DNA of 64,000 nucleotides from Alphaproteobacteria bacterium. Lineage in GTDB: Bacteria; Pseudomonadota; Alphaproteobacteria; JAAXGF01. Of this stretch, positions 1 to 8,931 are shown one piece after another. How positions within the stretch are numbered: position 1 is the first letter of the stretch; each line of letters starts with the position of its first letter. The stretch spans positions 1,664,001-1,728,000 of the forward strand of contig CAUVXB020000002.1 in NCBI GenBank assembly GCA_963555825.3. Direction: 5' to 3'. A model generated the notes under the pieces. That model did no database searches. It saw only the letters and a program-made list of their open reading frames with translations, and was not told the DNA's origin. A program made the translations under genes and the position numbers.

Positions 1-17
1 GAAGGCCGTGTCGAGAC

Positions 18-43
18 TATAGTTAACCATTAAGTTAACTATA
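18..43. promoter_or_regulatory. Inverted repeat containing a CtrA-like site
   Basis: TATAGTTAAC (18-27) / GTTAACTATA (34-43) perfect 10-bp arms; contains TTAACCAT (23-30) and TTAA-N8-TTAAC, one base off the CtrA consensus TTAA-N7-TTAAC. Confidence 0.45.
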
Positions 44-120
44 TGTGATGATCGTTGGTCTGTCGAGCCGTCCAGCCGCCGCGCTTGACGCGGGGCCGGG
101 GGCGGCGCGCATACTGGGTC

Positions 121-879
121 ATGTTGCCGCCCGAGACATCGTCCGGGGCGCCCCGGCGCTGGGGTGCCGCGCTGCTCGATGCGCTGTTGCCGCTGCGCTG
201 CCTGGCCTGCCCGGCGCCGGTCGACCGGCCGGGCCGGCTGTGCCCGCGCTGCTGGACCGGCGTCGATTTCATCACGCCGCCGAACTGCGCGCTATGCGGT
301 TTCCCGTTCGACGTCGACGAGGGGCCGGATGCGCTGTGCGGCGCCTGCACCGCGACGCCGCCCGACTTCGACCATGCCCGGTCCGCGGTGCGCTATGCCG
401 GCGTCGGGCGCGAGGTCGTGCTCGGCCTCAAGCACGGCGACCAGACCCACGCGGCGCTGTCGCTCGCCCAACTGATGATGCGCGTCGGTGGCGCGTTGCT
501 CGCCGACTGCGACGCGGTCGTGCCGGTGCCGCTGCACCGCTTCCGCCTGTTCGCGCGGCGCTACAACCAGTCGGCGCTGATCGGCGGCGCGCTGGCGCGC
601 CTCGCCGGCGTCGATTTCGTACCCGATCTGCTCAAGCGCACGCGGCCGACGCCGAGCCAGGCCGGCCGCACCCGGCGCCAGCGCTTTGAGAACATGCGCG
701 GCGCCTTCGCCGTGCGCGCCAAGCGCCGCACCCTGTCCGACGGCCGCCATCTGGTACTGGTCGACGACGTCATGACCACCGGCGCGACGGCCGGCGCCTG
801 CGCCAAGGCGCTCAAGCGCGCCGGCGCCGTCCGCGTCGACGTCCTCAGCTTCGCCCGTGTGGTGCCCGGGCACGAGTGA
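121..879 (+). CDS. comF: ComF family protein (double zinc ribbon + phosphoribosyltransferase domain)
   Basis: CxxC x4 at the N-terminus, RRYNQSA motif, PRPP-binding LVDDVMTTGAT. Start uncertain (ORF open from 55). Confidence 0.88.
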   Translation: MLPPETSSGAPRRWGAALLDALLPLRCLACPAPVDRPGRLCPRCWTGVDFITPPNCALCGFPFDVDEGPDALCGACTATPPDFDHARSAVRYAGVGREVVLGLKHGDQTHAALSLAQLMMRVGGALLADCDAVVPVPLHRFRLFARRYNQSALIGGALARLAGVDFVPDLLKRTRPTPSQAGRTRRQRFENMRGAFAVRAKRRTLSDGRHLVLVDDVMTTGATAGACAKALKRAGAVRVDVLSFARVVPGHE

Positions 880-935
880 CATTATGATAGAATACAAACT
901 GCGGTCGCGTGCCGTGTGACGTTGGAGGGAATTCG

Positions 936-1793
936 ATGAGCGGGAAGTTCAAGGTCGCGTTGGTGCAGAACTGCGCGGCGGGCGACATGGCGGCGAATGT
1001 CGCGGCGGTGAGCGATCTGGTGCGTCGGGCGGCCGAGGCCGGGCCCCACCTGATCGCGCTGCCCGAGCATGTTTCCTACATGGATTCGCGGACCGAGAAC
1101 TGGCACGCGCATGCGCTGCCGGTCGCCGAGCATCCGGCGTACCACGCCTTCCAGGCGCTGGCGCGCGAGGTCGGCGCGTGGCTGCTGGTCGGCTCGCTGC
1201 CGGTGCGCGCGGGCGATGGCCGCATCGCCAACTGCTCGTTCCTGTTCGACGACGCTGGCGCGCGCGTCGCGCATTATGAGAAGATCCACATGTTCGACGT
1301 CGATCTGCCGACCGGCGAGCGCTTCCGCGAGAGCCAGGACTTCCAGCCGGGCGAGGCGGCGCGGCTGGCGGCGACGCCGTGGGGCACGCTCGGCATGACG
1401 ATCTGCTATGATCTGCGTTTCGCCGCGCTCTACCGCGCGCTGGCGCAGGCTGGCGCCGAGTTCCTGAGCGTGCCGTCGGCGTTCACCAAGGTGACCGGCG
1501 CGGCGCATTGGCACCTTCTGCTGCGCGCCCGGGCGATCGAGAACGGCTGCTTCGTCATCGCGCCGTGCCAGGTCGGCCATCACTACGGCAACCGCCACAG
1601 TTTCGGCCACTCGCTGGTCATCGATCCGTGGGGCGAGGTGCTCGCCGACGGCGGCGAGGACATCGGCTTCGTCAGCGCCGAGATCGACCCGGCGCGTGTC
1701 GCCGAGGTGCGCGCCATGATCCCGAGCCTCGAGCACGACCGGCCGTTCAGCCCGCCCGATCGGGCGCGACCGCGCATATCCGCTGTATCATAG
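936..1793 (+). CDS. Carbon-nitrogen hydrolase (Nit1-like amidase)
   Basis: [11 protein letters not shown] and ICYDLRF catalytic triad motifs; ARAIEN; GGAGG SD before ATG 936. Confidence 0.9.
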   Translation: MSGKFKVALVQNCAAGDMAANVAAVSDLVRRAAEAGPHLIALPEHVSYMDSRTENWHAHALPVAEHPAYHAFQALAREVGAWLLVGSLPVRAGDGRIANCSFLFDDAGARVAHYEKIHMFDVDLPTGERFRESQDFQPGEAARLAATPWGTLGMTICYDLRFAALYRALAQAGAEFLSVPSAFTKVTGAAHWHLLLRARAIENGCFVIAPCQVGHHYGNRHSFGHSLVIDPWGEVLADGGEDIGFVSAEIDPARVAEVRAMIPSLEHDRPFSPPDRARPRISAVS

Positions 1794-2280
1794 CCGGCCT
1801 CGGCTCGCTCACCGCGACGTCCTCGAAGGCGACCACGCTGAGCCGGCCGAACACGACGTCCAATAGCTCGCCGCGTTCGAGCAGGTGGTCGGGGTTGCGC
1901 GGCCGGCCGAAGCGCTCGTTGCCGCGCGCGAAGGTCTCGTAGAGCAACACGCCGCCCGGCGCCACCGAGCGGATCAGCACCGGAAACAGCGGCCGATAGA
2001 GATAGTTGGTGACCACGACACCGCCGAAACGCGCATCACCAAGGGGCCAGGGCGCGCCGCTCTCGAGGTCGGCCTTGATGCGCGCGAGACCCGGCGCGTC
2101 GTCGAGCGTCATCTCGCGGTCGATCGCCGTCACCGGGTGGCCGCGCTCGAGGAACAGCCGGCTGTGGCGGCCGTTGCCGCAGGCGACGTCGAGCACGGAT
2201 TCGCCGGTTGGGACCAGCGCGGCGAAGCGCTCGACCCAGGTCGAGGGCGTCTCGAAGACATGCGCGCGATCGCGCCCCAT
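1747..2280 (-). CDS. Class I SAM-dependent methyltransferase
   Basis: VLDVACGNGRH motif I; VVVTNYLYRPLF; GGAG SD upstream. Confidence 0.85.
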   Translation of the reverse strand: MGRDRAHVFETPSTWVERFAALVPTGESVLDVACGNGRHSRLFLERGHPVTAIDREMTLDDAPGLARIKADLESGAPWPLGDARFGGVVVTNYLYRPLFPVLIRSVAPGGVLLYETFARGNERFGRPRNPDHLLERGELLDVVFGRLSVVAFEDVAVSEPRPAMIQRICAVAPDRAG

Positions 2281-2301
2281 CGGCGGACTCCTGAAAGTTA
2301 C

Positions 2302-2475
2302 TTCATTGTACGGTCATCTTTACTGCGTAAAGCTGACCTGCGCTCAATAGCCGCGCATGCCACTCTTAATCCCACAAGGCCATTCTTAATCCCACAAGGC
2401 CATTCTTTATCCCACTAGGATTGGCCGAACGGTCGGCGGCCCCCCTCTTGTCCCAATAAGGTTGGCGCGGGCTGG
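2302..2475. repeat. Dispersed intergenic repeat, copy 1 (homologous to 47396-47519)
   Basis: Shares TTCATTGTrCGGTCA, GCGCTCAA..GCCGCGCATGCCA and GGCCGAACGGTCGGCGGCCCCCC(C)TCTTGTyCCAATAAGGTTGGCGCGG with copy 2. Confidence 0.85.
2359..2418. repeat. Three tandem 20-bp units inside repeat copy 1
   Basis: GCCACTCTTAATCCCACAAG / GCCATTCTTAATCCCACAAG / GCCATTCTTTATCCCACTAG, no spacers. Confidence 0.95.
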
Positions 2476-2550
2476 GACTTGACGAAACCCCTTGATTCTA
2501 CATAGTTAGGCGCTGATGTATCGGGGTATGATGCGCGCGATCGGAGTGGA

Positions 2551-3009
2551 TTGATGATCGTCTTCGACCTCAAATGCGCGGCGGCCCACGTCTTCGAGGT
2601 GTGGTTCCGCGATAGCGCCGCCTACGAGGCCCAGACCAAGGCCGGCGAGATCGCTTGTCCGATTTGCGGCGACACCGCGATCGACAAGGCGCCGATGGCG
2701 CCCAATCTGGCGCGCCGCGGTGAGTCCGACCGCGACGGCGAGGTCAAAGGGGATACGCCGGCGCCGCGCCAGGGTGACGTGGAAAAGGCCGGCCGGGTGA
2801 TGCGCTATCTGCGCGCCGCGCGCGACCATGTCGAGGCAAACTTCGACAACGTCGGCGAGCGTTTTCCGGAAGAGGCGCGCAAGATTCATCACGGCGAGGT
2901 CGACAAGCGCGACATCTATGGCCAGGCGACCGACGAGGAAGCCAGCGAGCTCAAGGACGAAGGCATCGAGATCGGCCAACTCCCCTGGCTGCCCCGCCAC
3001 GACAGCTAG
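2551..3009 (+). CDS. DUF1178 family protein
   Basis: MIVFDLKC...HVFEVWFRDS...CPICG...KAPMAP; VGERFPEEARKIH; usual neighbour of the nitrilase and ubiG in Alphaproteobacteria. Confidence 0.9.
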   Translation: MMIVFDLKCAAAHVFEVWFRDSAAYEAQTKAGEIACPICGDTAIDKAPMAPNLARRGESDRDGEVKGDTPAPRQGDVEKAGRVMRYLRAARDHVEANFDNVGERFPEEARKIHHGEVDKRDIYGQATDEEASELKDEGIEIGQLPWLPRHDS

Positions 3010-3082
3010 CCGACGCCTCGCTCACCGCGCCATCCGGCACAGCCGCGCGGTTCTCCCGACTTCAATATTTTGCCACGATTAA

Positions 3083-3362
3083 TACCAAGGACCAGTGATA
3101 AAGACCCCTAGAGACGGCTTGCCGTTGTTCTCGGCTACGCGCGCCCGTCGCGGCGATGCAGCGCATCGCAAGATGGGCGGAACGACGTCCGCCAGTCTGA
3201 TAGCGGGCGAGAGCCTCGGCAAGCCGCCCTTCGGGTCGCGGCCGCTTATCGCCGGAGGGCGTCAGGAAGACTAGCCGATGCGCTGCATCGCCCGCGGCTC
3301 CCTTGCCTCACCGCCGAAAAGCGGACGCGATCTCTAGGGGCCTTTATCACTGATCCTTGGTA
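3083..3362. mobile_element. MITE-like non-autonomous element (280 bp)
   Basis: 32-bp terminal inverted repeats 3083-3114 / 3331-3362 with 2 mismatches; TAA on both sides (3080-3082, 3363-3365); internal inverted pair 3152-3168 / 3276-3292; no transposase ORF. Confidence 0.85.
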
Positions 3363-3474
3363 TAATACCAAGGCTCATGTGTGGACATGTGTGGACATCA
3401 GCAGGCTAGACGCTCGGTGTCTGATTTGTCGCGGGAACCAGACACCGACCGCTGAAATTCAAACTCTCCGGACG

Positions 3475-3936
3475 CTAGCCGGCCTGCGAAGTCGCTCGCA
3501 GCCGGTCGAGCGCCGCTTTCGGCCAGACCGATTTCAGATCGTAGAATTCATCGAATTGCGGGACGCCTTCCGGGAGCACGACCCAGGCCTGCTTGGTGCT
3601 GGTGAATATATGCACGTCGGGCGGGCAGGCGCCCGGGTCGTCCAGGGTGCCGACGCGGACGAACCAGCAGGCCCCGAAGCCGCCGGCGTACGCGCTCCAG
3701 ACACAGGTGCCGCAGTCGCCGCAGAAATATGCGGTATGTCTGGTGCCCTCGAATTGGATGGGGCGTGGGGCGCCCGAGACCAGTTCGACCGCAGCCTGCT
3801 CGACCACCGCGTTCATCACGAAGGCGCTGCCCGTCACGCGCTGGCACTGCGTGCAGTGGCAGGCGTGGACGATCATCGGGTCGGCCGTCAGCTCGAACCG
3901 GACGTTTCCGCAGGAACACCGGCCTTCATGTGACAT
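3475..3936 (-). CDS. GFA (glutathione-dependent formaldehyde-activating / CENP-V) family protein
   Basis: GRCSCG...CHCTQCQR...FCGDCGT zinc motifs; HIFTSTK. Confidence 0.9.
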   Translation of the reverse strand: MSHEGRCSCGNVRFELTADPMIVHACHCTQCQRVTGSAFVMNAVVEQAAVELVSGAPRPIQFEGTRHTAYFCGDCGTCVWSAYAGGFGACWFVRVGTLDDPGACPPDVHIFTSTKQAWVVLPEGVPQFDEFYDLKSVWPKAALDRLRATSQAG

Positions 3937-4083
3937 GGCGACGGCCTCCCAACCGACATTTCCCGGATGCGCCCCCCGGGCCGCTGAAACGGTATCATGA
4001 ACCGGCCTTATCGACAGAATCGATCACGAGGAGACATCGCGCAGAATTATCACCGATGTCAGGCGCCGGTCGGCGCACGGGTG

Positions 4084-4845
4084 TCAGTCGGCCGTCTTCG
4101 CGCCGACCGCCATGTAGTTGACCGCGAGGTCCCGGGTGAGCGTCCATTCTTCGGCGAACGGGCGGTAACGAACGCCGGTCACCTCGGTGAGCGTCACGCC
4201 GCCGCGGCGCAGCGCGCGCGCGAGTTCGGCCGGGCGCACGAAGCGCTGCCAGTCGTGGCTGCCGGGCGGCAGCCAGCGCAGCAGGTACTCGGCGCCGAGG
4301 ATGGCCAGCGCGAACGATTTCGGCGTCCGGTTGAGCGTCGCCACGATGATCAGCCCGCCCGGCTTGACCAGGGCGCAACAGGCATCGAGGAAGGCGCCCA
4401 GGTCGGCGACGTGTTCGACGACCTCGAGGCTGATCACGACGTCGAAGCGCGCGTCTTCGGCGGCGAGCGCCTCGGCGGTCGCGTGGCGGTACGCGATGGC
4501 GAGGCCGACGTCGGTCGCATGGGCCGCCGCGACGCCGATGTTCTCGGCCGCCGCGTCGATGCCGGTGACCGTCGCGCCGAGCCGCGTCATCGGCTCGCTC
4601 GCGAGCCCGCCGCCGCAGCCGACGTCGAGAACCGCGAGGCCGTCGAGCGGCCGCTCGCCGAGCGGGTCGCGGCCGAGCGCGGCGCAAATCTGGTCACGGA
4701 TGAAGCCGAGGCGCGTCGGGTTCAGCCGGTGCAGCGGTTTGAGCGGGCCCGACGGATCCCACCAATCCTCGGCCAGCGCGGCGAAGCGTGCGACCTCGTC
4801 CGCGTCGACCGAGGCGTCGGCGTGACCGGCGGCGGCGTCGCTCAT
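4084..4845 (-). CDS. ubiG: Ubiquinone biosynthesis O-methyltransferase
   Basis: WWDPSGPLKPLHRLNP, VLDVGCGGG, EVVEHV, TLNRT; divergent from lysC. Confidence 0.95.
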   Translation of the reverse strand: MSDAAAGHADASVDADEVARFAALAEDWWDPSGPLKPLHRLNPTRLGFIRDQICAALGRDPLGERPLDGLAVLDVGCGGGLASEPMTRLGATVTGIDAAAENIGVAAAHATDVGLAIAYRHATAEALAAEDARFDVVISLEVVEHVADLGAFLDACCALVKPGGLIIVATLNRTPKSFALAILGAEYLLRWLPPGSHDWQRFVRPAELARALRRGGVTLTEVTGVRYRPFAEEWTLTRDLAVNYMAVGAKTAD

Positions 4846-5006
4846 GATGGCGGTGTCCGGGGCATGGGCTTTCCAGGCGGGGTTGAATTCGCGTCGCGCC
4901 ACAGAGTATGTATACGCGCCTTTTGCGCGGCAACAGGACTTTGCGCCCGGATGGCCGGGCGGTTTCGTACGCGTTGCACCGCGATTTCGGCAAGGAAAAG
5001 CAACTT

Positions 5007-6227
5007 ATGGCCCGAATCGTCCAGAAGTTCGGCGGCACGTCGCTCGCCGACCTCGACCGCATCAAGACCGTGGCGCAGCGCGTCAAGGCGACGGTCGGGG
5101 CGGGCGATGAGGTCTGCGTCGTCGTCTCGGCGATGGCCGGCGTGACCGACCAGCTGGCCGCCTGGGCGCATGAGGCGATGGCGGTCTACGACGGCTGCGA
5201 ATACGACATGGTGCTCGCGGCCGGCGAGCAGGTGACCGCCGGTCTCCTGGCGCTTGCGTTGCAGGACGCCGGCGTCACGGCGCGCTCCTGGGCCGGCTGG
5301 CAATTGCCGGTGCAGACCGATGATGCGCACGCCAAGGCGAGTATCCGCGCCGTCGAGGTCGCCGCGCTCGAGGCCATGCTGACCGAAGGCGGCGTCGCGG
5401 TGGTGACCGGCTTTCAGGGGCTCGGCGCCGACGGCCGCGTGACGACGCTCGGGCGTGGCGGCTCGGACACTTCGGCAGTCGCGCTGGCCGCAGCGCTTGG
5501 CGCCGAACGCTGCGACATCTACACCGATGTCGAGGGCGTCTATACGGCCGATCCGCGCATCGTTGCGCCGGCCCGCAAGCTTGATAAGATTACCTACGAG
5601 GAGATGCTCGAGCTGGCCTCGCAGGGCGCCAAGGTGCTGCAGACCCGCGCCGTGGCGTTGGCCATGAAGCACCAGGTGCGCGTCCAGGTACTCTCGAGCT
5701 TCAATGATTCCCCCGGAACCCTGGTTGTTGACGAGGACGAAATCGTGGAACAGGAACTGGTCAGCGGCATCGCCTACAGCCGCGACGAGGCGAAGATCAC
5801 TCTGGTCGGCGTGCCCGATCGCCCGGGCGTTGCCGCGGCCATCTTCGGCCCGCTCGCCGACGCCAACGTCAACGTCGACATGATCGTGCAGAACGTCTCG
5901 GCCGACGGCACCTCGACCGACCTCACCTTCACGGTGACCAAGGGCGATCTCGACCGCGCCGTCGGTATCTTGGAGAAGGCGCGCGGCGATCTCGACATCG
6001 GCCAGCTGGTGCCCGACGCGGGCGTCGTCAAGGTCTCGGTCATCGGCGTCGGCATGCGCTCTCACGCGGGCGTCGCCAAGCAGATGTTCCAGGCGTTGGC
6101 CGACAAGGGCATCAACATTCAGGTGATCTCGACATCGGAGATCAAGATCAGCGTGCTGATCGCCGAGGAGTACGTCGAGCTGGCGCTGAGGGCACTGCAT
6201 ACCGCCTACGGCCTCGACGCCGATTGA
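5007..6227 (+). CDS. lysC: Aspartate kinase
   Basis: [31 protein letters not shown], two ACT domains, STSEIKIS. Confidence 0.97.
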   Translation: MARIVQKFGGTSLADLDRIKTVAQRVKATVGAGDEVCVVVSAMAGVTDQLAAWAHEAMAVYDGCEYDMVLAAGEQVTAGLLALALQDAGVTARSWAGWQLPVQTDDAHAKASIRAVEVAALEAMLTEGGVAVVTGFQGLGADGRVTTLGRGGSDTSAVALAAALGAERCDIYTDVEGVYTADPRIVAPARKLDKITYEEMLELASQGAKVLQTRAVALAMKHQVRVQVLSSFNDSPGTLVVDEDEIVEQELVSGIAYSRDEAKITLVGVPDRPGVAAAIFGPLADANVNVDMIVQNVSADGTSTDLTFTVTKGDLDRAVGILEKARGDLDIGQLVPDAGVVKVSVIGVGMRSHAGVAKQMFQALADKGINIQVISTSEIKISVLIAEEYVELALRALHTAYGLDAD

Positions 6228-6409
6228 ATCGGGCCTGTCGCCGGCGAGACGGCGGAAAGTACGCCGCCGAGTGTCCGGGCTGCGAATATTTGGCCGATTT
6301 CGATCCTTTTCCCGGCCACAGCTTGCATGTTATGGTTCACGACTGTAACGACGAGCGCGGCGACTTCGGCTCTAAGGTCGCAGCGACACGACATGAACGA
6401 ACGATAACG

Positions 6410-7678
6410 ATGGCGATTTCCGAAAAGCGCTCGGCTGGCGCGGCGCGCGGGCGCCGGCCGATGCTGCACGCCGTCGGGACCGACGGTGACGATGGCCGCG
6501 AAAGCACGGTCGCGACCGAGCTGGCCCAGACGCGGCTCGCGCTCGGCATCGATCTTGCCACCGTCGCCGACGAGCTGCACATCCGCGAGGAGCATCTCGA
6601 GGCGATCGAGGCGGGCCGCTTCGATGCGTTGCCGGGCCCGACCTACACGATCGGTTTTCTGCGCAGCTATGCCCGGTTCCTCAGCCTCGACAGCGACCGA
6701 TTGATCGACCAGTTCCGCGTCGAATCGGCGGGTTTCGCGGCGCAACGCAAACTGCGCTTTCCATCGCCCATCGATGACGGCCGAATTCCAACCGTACCGG
6801 TCCTGGTCTTCGCCTTGGTGCTTGCCGGGGCAATCGGTTTCGGCTGGTATTACGTCTCCGATGTCGAACAGGTCGCCCAGGAGGGCGTGCCCGAAGTGCC
6901 GGCCCATCTCGTCGCGCCGCCGCCGACGCCGACCCCCGTCGAGGCCGTCGCAATGCCGCAACCGCCGACCGACGTCGCGGTCGCTCTACCGGATCTGCAA
7001 ATTCCGGCGCCGCCGCCAGCCGAGGCGGCGAGCGCGGCCGACGCGCCGGTCGAGGCGGCCGAGGCGCCGGCCGAGACCGGTGTCGCCATCGACATCGCCG
7101 AACTCGATACCGCCGCTGGCGGCGAGGTGCCGGCCCTGCCGTCGGTGGCGCTCGAGCCGCAGCCCGCGGCCGCGCCGGTCGTCGAAGTGCCGGCCGCGTC
7201 GGAGCCGGTCGCTCCCATCGCGCTGATCGAACCCGCCGCCGTGGCGGCCCCCGACGTTACGATCGAGGCGCCGATGCCGCGTGTGCCGGCCGAGACCGCC
7301 GCCGCTGTCGAGGTGGCCGTGACCGCCGCTGCGACGGTCGACGTGCCGGCGCCGGCCGTCACCGATGGCGGCGCCACGCCGCGTGTCTACGGCCAGGCCA
7401 ACACCGATGCGCGCGTCCGACTGCGCGCCACCGAGGAGTGCTGGATTCAGATTACCGGCCCGGGCAACGAGCTGTTGCTGACGCGCATTCTGAAGCCGGG
7501 CGATGTCTATCTGGTGCCGAACCGCCCGGGTATCGTCATGATGACGGGCAACGCCGGCGGCTTGGAGATCGCCCTCGACGGCGAGGTGCTGCCGCCGATC
7601 GGCCCGGCCGGCGCGGTGCGCCGCAACATCGCCCTCGATCCCGAGGCGCTGCGCGCGCACCAGGCGTCGTCGCAGTAG
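6410..7678 (+). CDS. rodZ: RodZ-like protein (HTH, single TM, Pro/Ala-rich linker, DUF4115)
   Basis: LHIREEHLEAIE...GFLRSYARFL HTH, hydrophobic helix, C-terminal TGNAGGL; upstream of ispG-hisS. Start inferred. Confidence 0.85.
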   Translation: MAISEKRSAGAARGRRPMLHAVGTDGDDGRESTVATELAQTRLALGIDLATVADELHIREEHLEAIEAGRFDALPGPTYTIGFLRSYARFLSLDSDRLIDQFRVESAGFAAQRKLRFPSPIDDGRIPTVPVLVFALVLAGAIGFGWYYVSDVEQVAQEGVPEVPAHLVAPPPTPTPVEAVAMPQPPTDVAVALPDLQIPAPPPAEAASAADAPVEAAEAPAETGVAIDIAELDTAAGGEVPALPSVALEPQPAAAPVVEVPAASEPVAPIALIEPAAVAAPDVTIEAPMPRVPAETAAAVEVAVTAAATVDVPAPAVTDGGATPRVYGQANTDARVRLRATEECWIQITGPGNELLLTRILKPGDVYLVPNRPGIVMMTGNAGGLEIALDGEVLPPIGPAGAVRRNIALDPEALRAHQASSQ

Positions 7679-7688
7679 CATGGCGGCG

Positions 7689-7728
7689 CTTTACAGCCGC
7701 GCGCGGTACTTTACAGCCGCGCGCGGTA
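7689..7728. repeat. Perfect 20-bp tandem duplication upstream of ispG
   Basis: CTTTACAGCCGCGCGCGGTA at 7689-7708 and 7709-7728. Confidence 0.95.
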
Positions 7729-7777
7729 TAAGCTATCAGTTGCGGGCCGCGACCCGCGGGACATCCGGGAACTGACC

Positions 7778-8914
7778 ATGAGCGTGCGCCCCTACCGCGA
7801 TATCGACCGCCGCCCCTGTCGCCAGATCTATGTCGGTGACCAACCGGTCGGCGGCGATGCGCCGATCAGCGTGCAGTCGATGACCAACACGCCGACCGCC
7901 GACATCGCCGCGACGATCGCCCAGGTCCGCGCGCTCGAGGTCGCCGGCGCCGACATCGTGCGTATCTCGTGCCCCGACGCCGAATCGAGCGCTGCGCTCA
8001 AGGGCATCGTGCCCGAGGTGACGGTGCCGATCGTCGCCGACATTCACTTCCACTACAAACGCGCCATCGAGGCGGCGGAAGCCGGCGCGGCGTGCCTGCG
8101 CATCAACCCCGGCAACATCGGTTCTAGCGCGCGCGTGCGCGAGGTGGTCAACGCCGCCAAGGCGAATGGCTGCTCGATGCGCATCGGCGTCAACGCCGGC
8201 TCGCTCGGGCGCGACTTGCTCGAGAAATACGGCGAGCCCTGCCCCGAGGCGATGGTCGAGAGCGCGCTCAACCACGCGCGCATCCTCGAGGACAACGACT
8301 TCTTCGAATTCAAGATCAGCGTCAAGGCCTCCGACGTGTTCCTCTCGGTCGCCGCCTATCAGGGCCTGGCCGAAGCCTGCGATTACCCGCTGCACATCGG
8401 CATCACCGAGGCGGGCGGGCTGACCAGCGGTACGGTCAAGTCATCGATCGGGCTGGGCATGCTGTTGTGGTCGGGCATCGGCGACACGCTGCGCGTCTCG
8501 CTGTCGGCCGATCCGGTCGAAGAGGTGCGCGCCGGCTTCGAGATGCTCAAGGCGCTGAACTTGCGCCACCGCGGTGTCAACGTCATCGCCTGCCCGTCCT
8601 GCGCGCGCCAGCAATTCAACGTCATCAAGACGGTCGAGACGCTCGAGGATCGGCTCGCCCACATCCACACGCCGTTGACGCTGTCGGTGATCGGCTGCGT
8701 GGTCAACGGTCCGGGCGAGGCGCGCGAGACCGACATCGGACTGACCGGCGGCGGCAAGGGCAACCATTTGGTTTATTTGAGCGGCGTCGCCGACCACAAG
8801 ATCGAGGACGACCAGTTGGTCGACCACCTGGTCGCGCTGGTCGAGCAGAAGGCCGCCGAGATAGAGGCCGCGGAAGCCGCCGAGCCGACACCCGGCACCG
8901 CGCACTCCAGCTAG
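7778..8914 (+). CDS. ispG: (E)-4-hydroxy-3-methylbut-2-enyl-diphosphate synthase
   Basis: [41 protein letters not shown]. Confidence 0.97.
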   Translation: MSVRPYRDIDRRPCRQIYVGDQPVGGDAPISVQSMTNTPTADIAATIAQVRALEVAGADIVRISCPDAESSAALKGIVPEVTVPIVADIHFHYKRAIEAAEAGAACLRINPGNIGSSARVREVVNAAKANGCSMRIGVNAGSLGRDLLEKYGEPCPEAMVESALNHARILEDNDFFEFKISVKASDVFLSVAAYQGLAEACDYPLHIGITEAGGLTSGTVKSSIGLGMLLWSGIGDTLRVSLSADPVEEVRAGFEMLKALNLRHRGVNVIACPSCARQQFNVIKTVETLEDRLAHIHTPLTLSVIGCVVNGPGEARETDIGLTGGGKGNHLVYLSGVADHKIEDDQLVDHLVALVEQKAAEIEAAEAAEPTPGTAHSS

Positions 8915-8931
8915 TCCGAGGAGACGTTTTT

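Noticed and set aside
2359-2418. Possible CRISPR array
   Set aside because: Units are 20 bp, head to tail with no spacers, and no cas genes are in the window.
8467-8931. Long N-terminal extension of HisS (and similar extensions of HemA, IstB, NadX, aldolase, RodZ)
   Set aside because: ORF-caller read-through into neighbouring genes or intergenic DNA; downstream starts fit family lengths, several with a clear SD.
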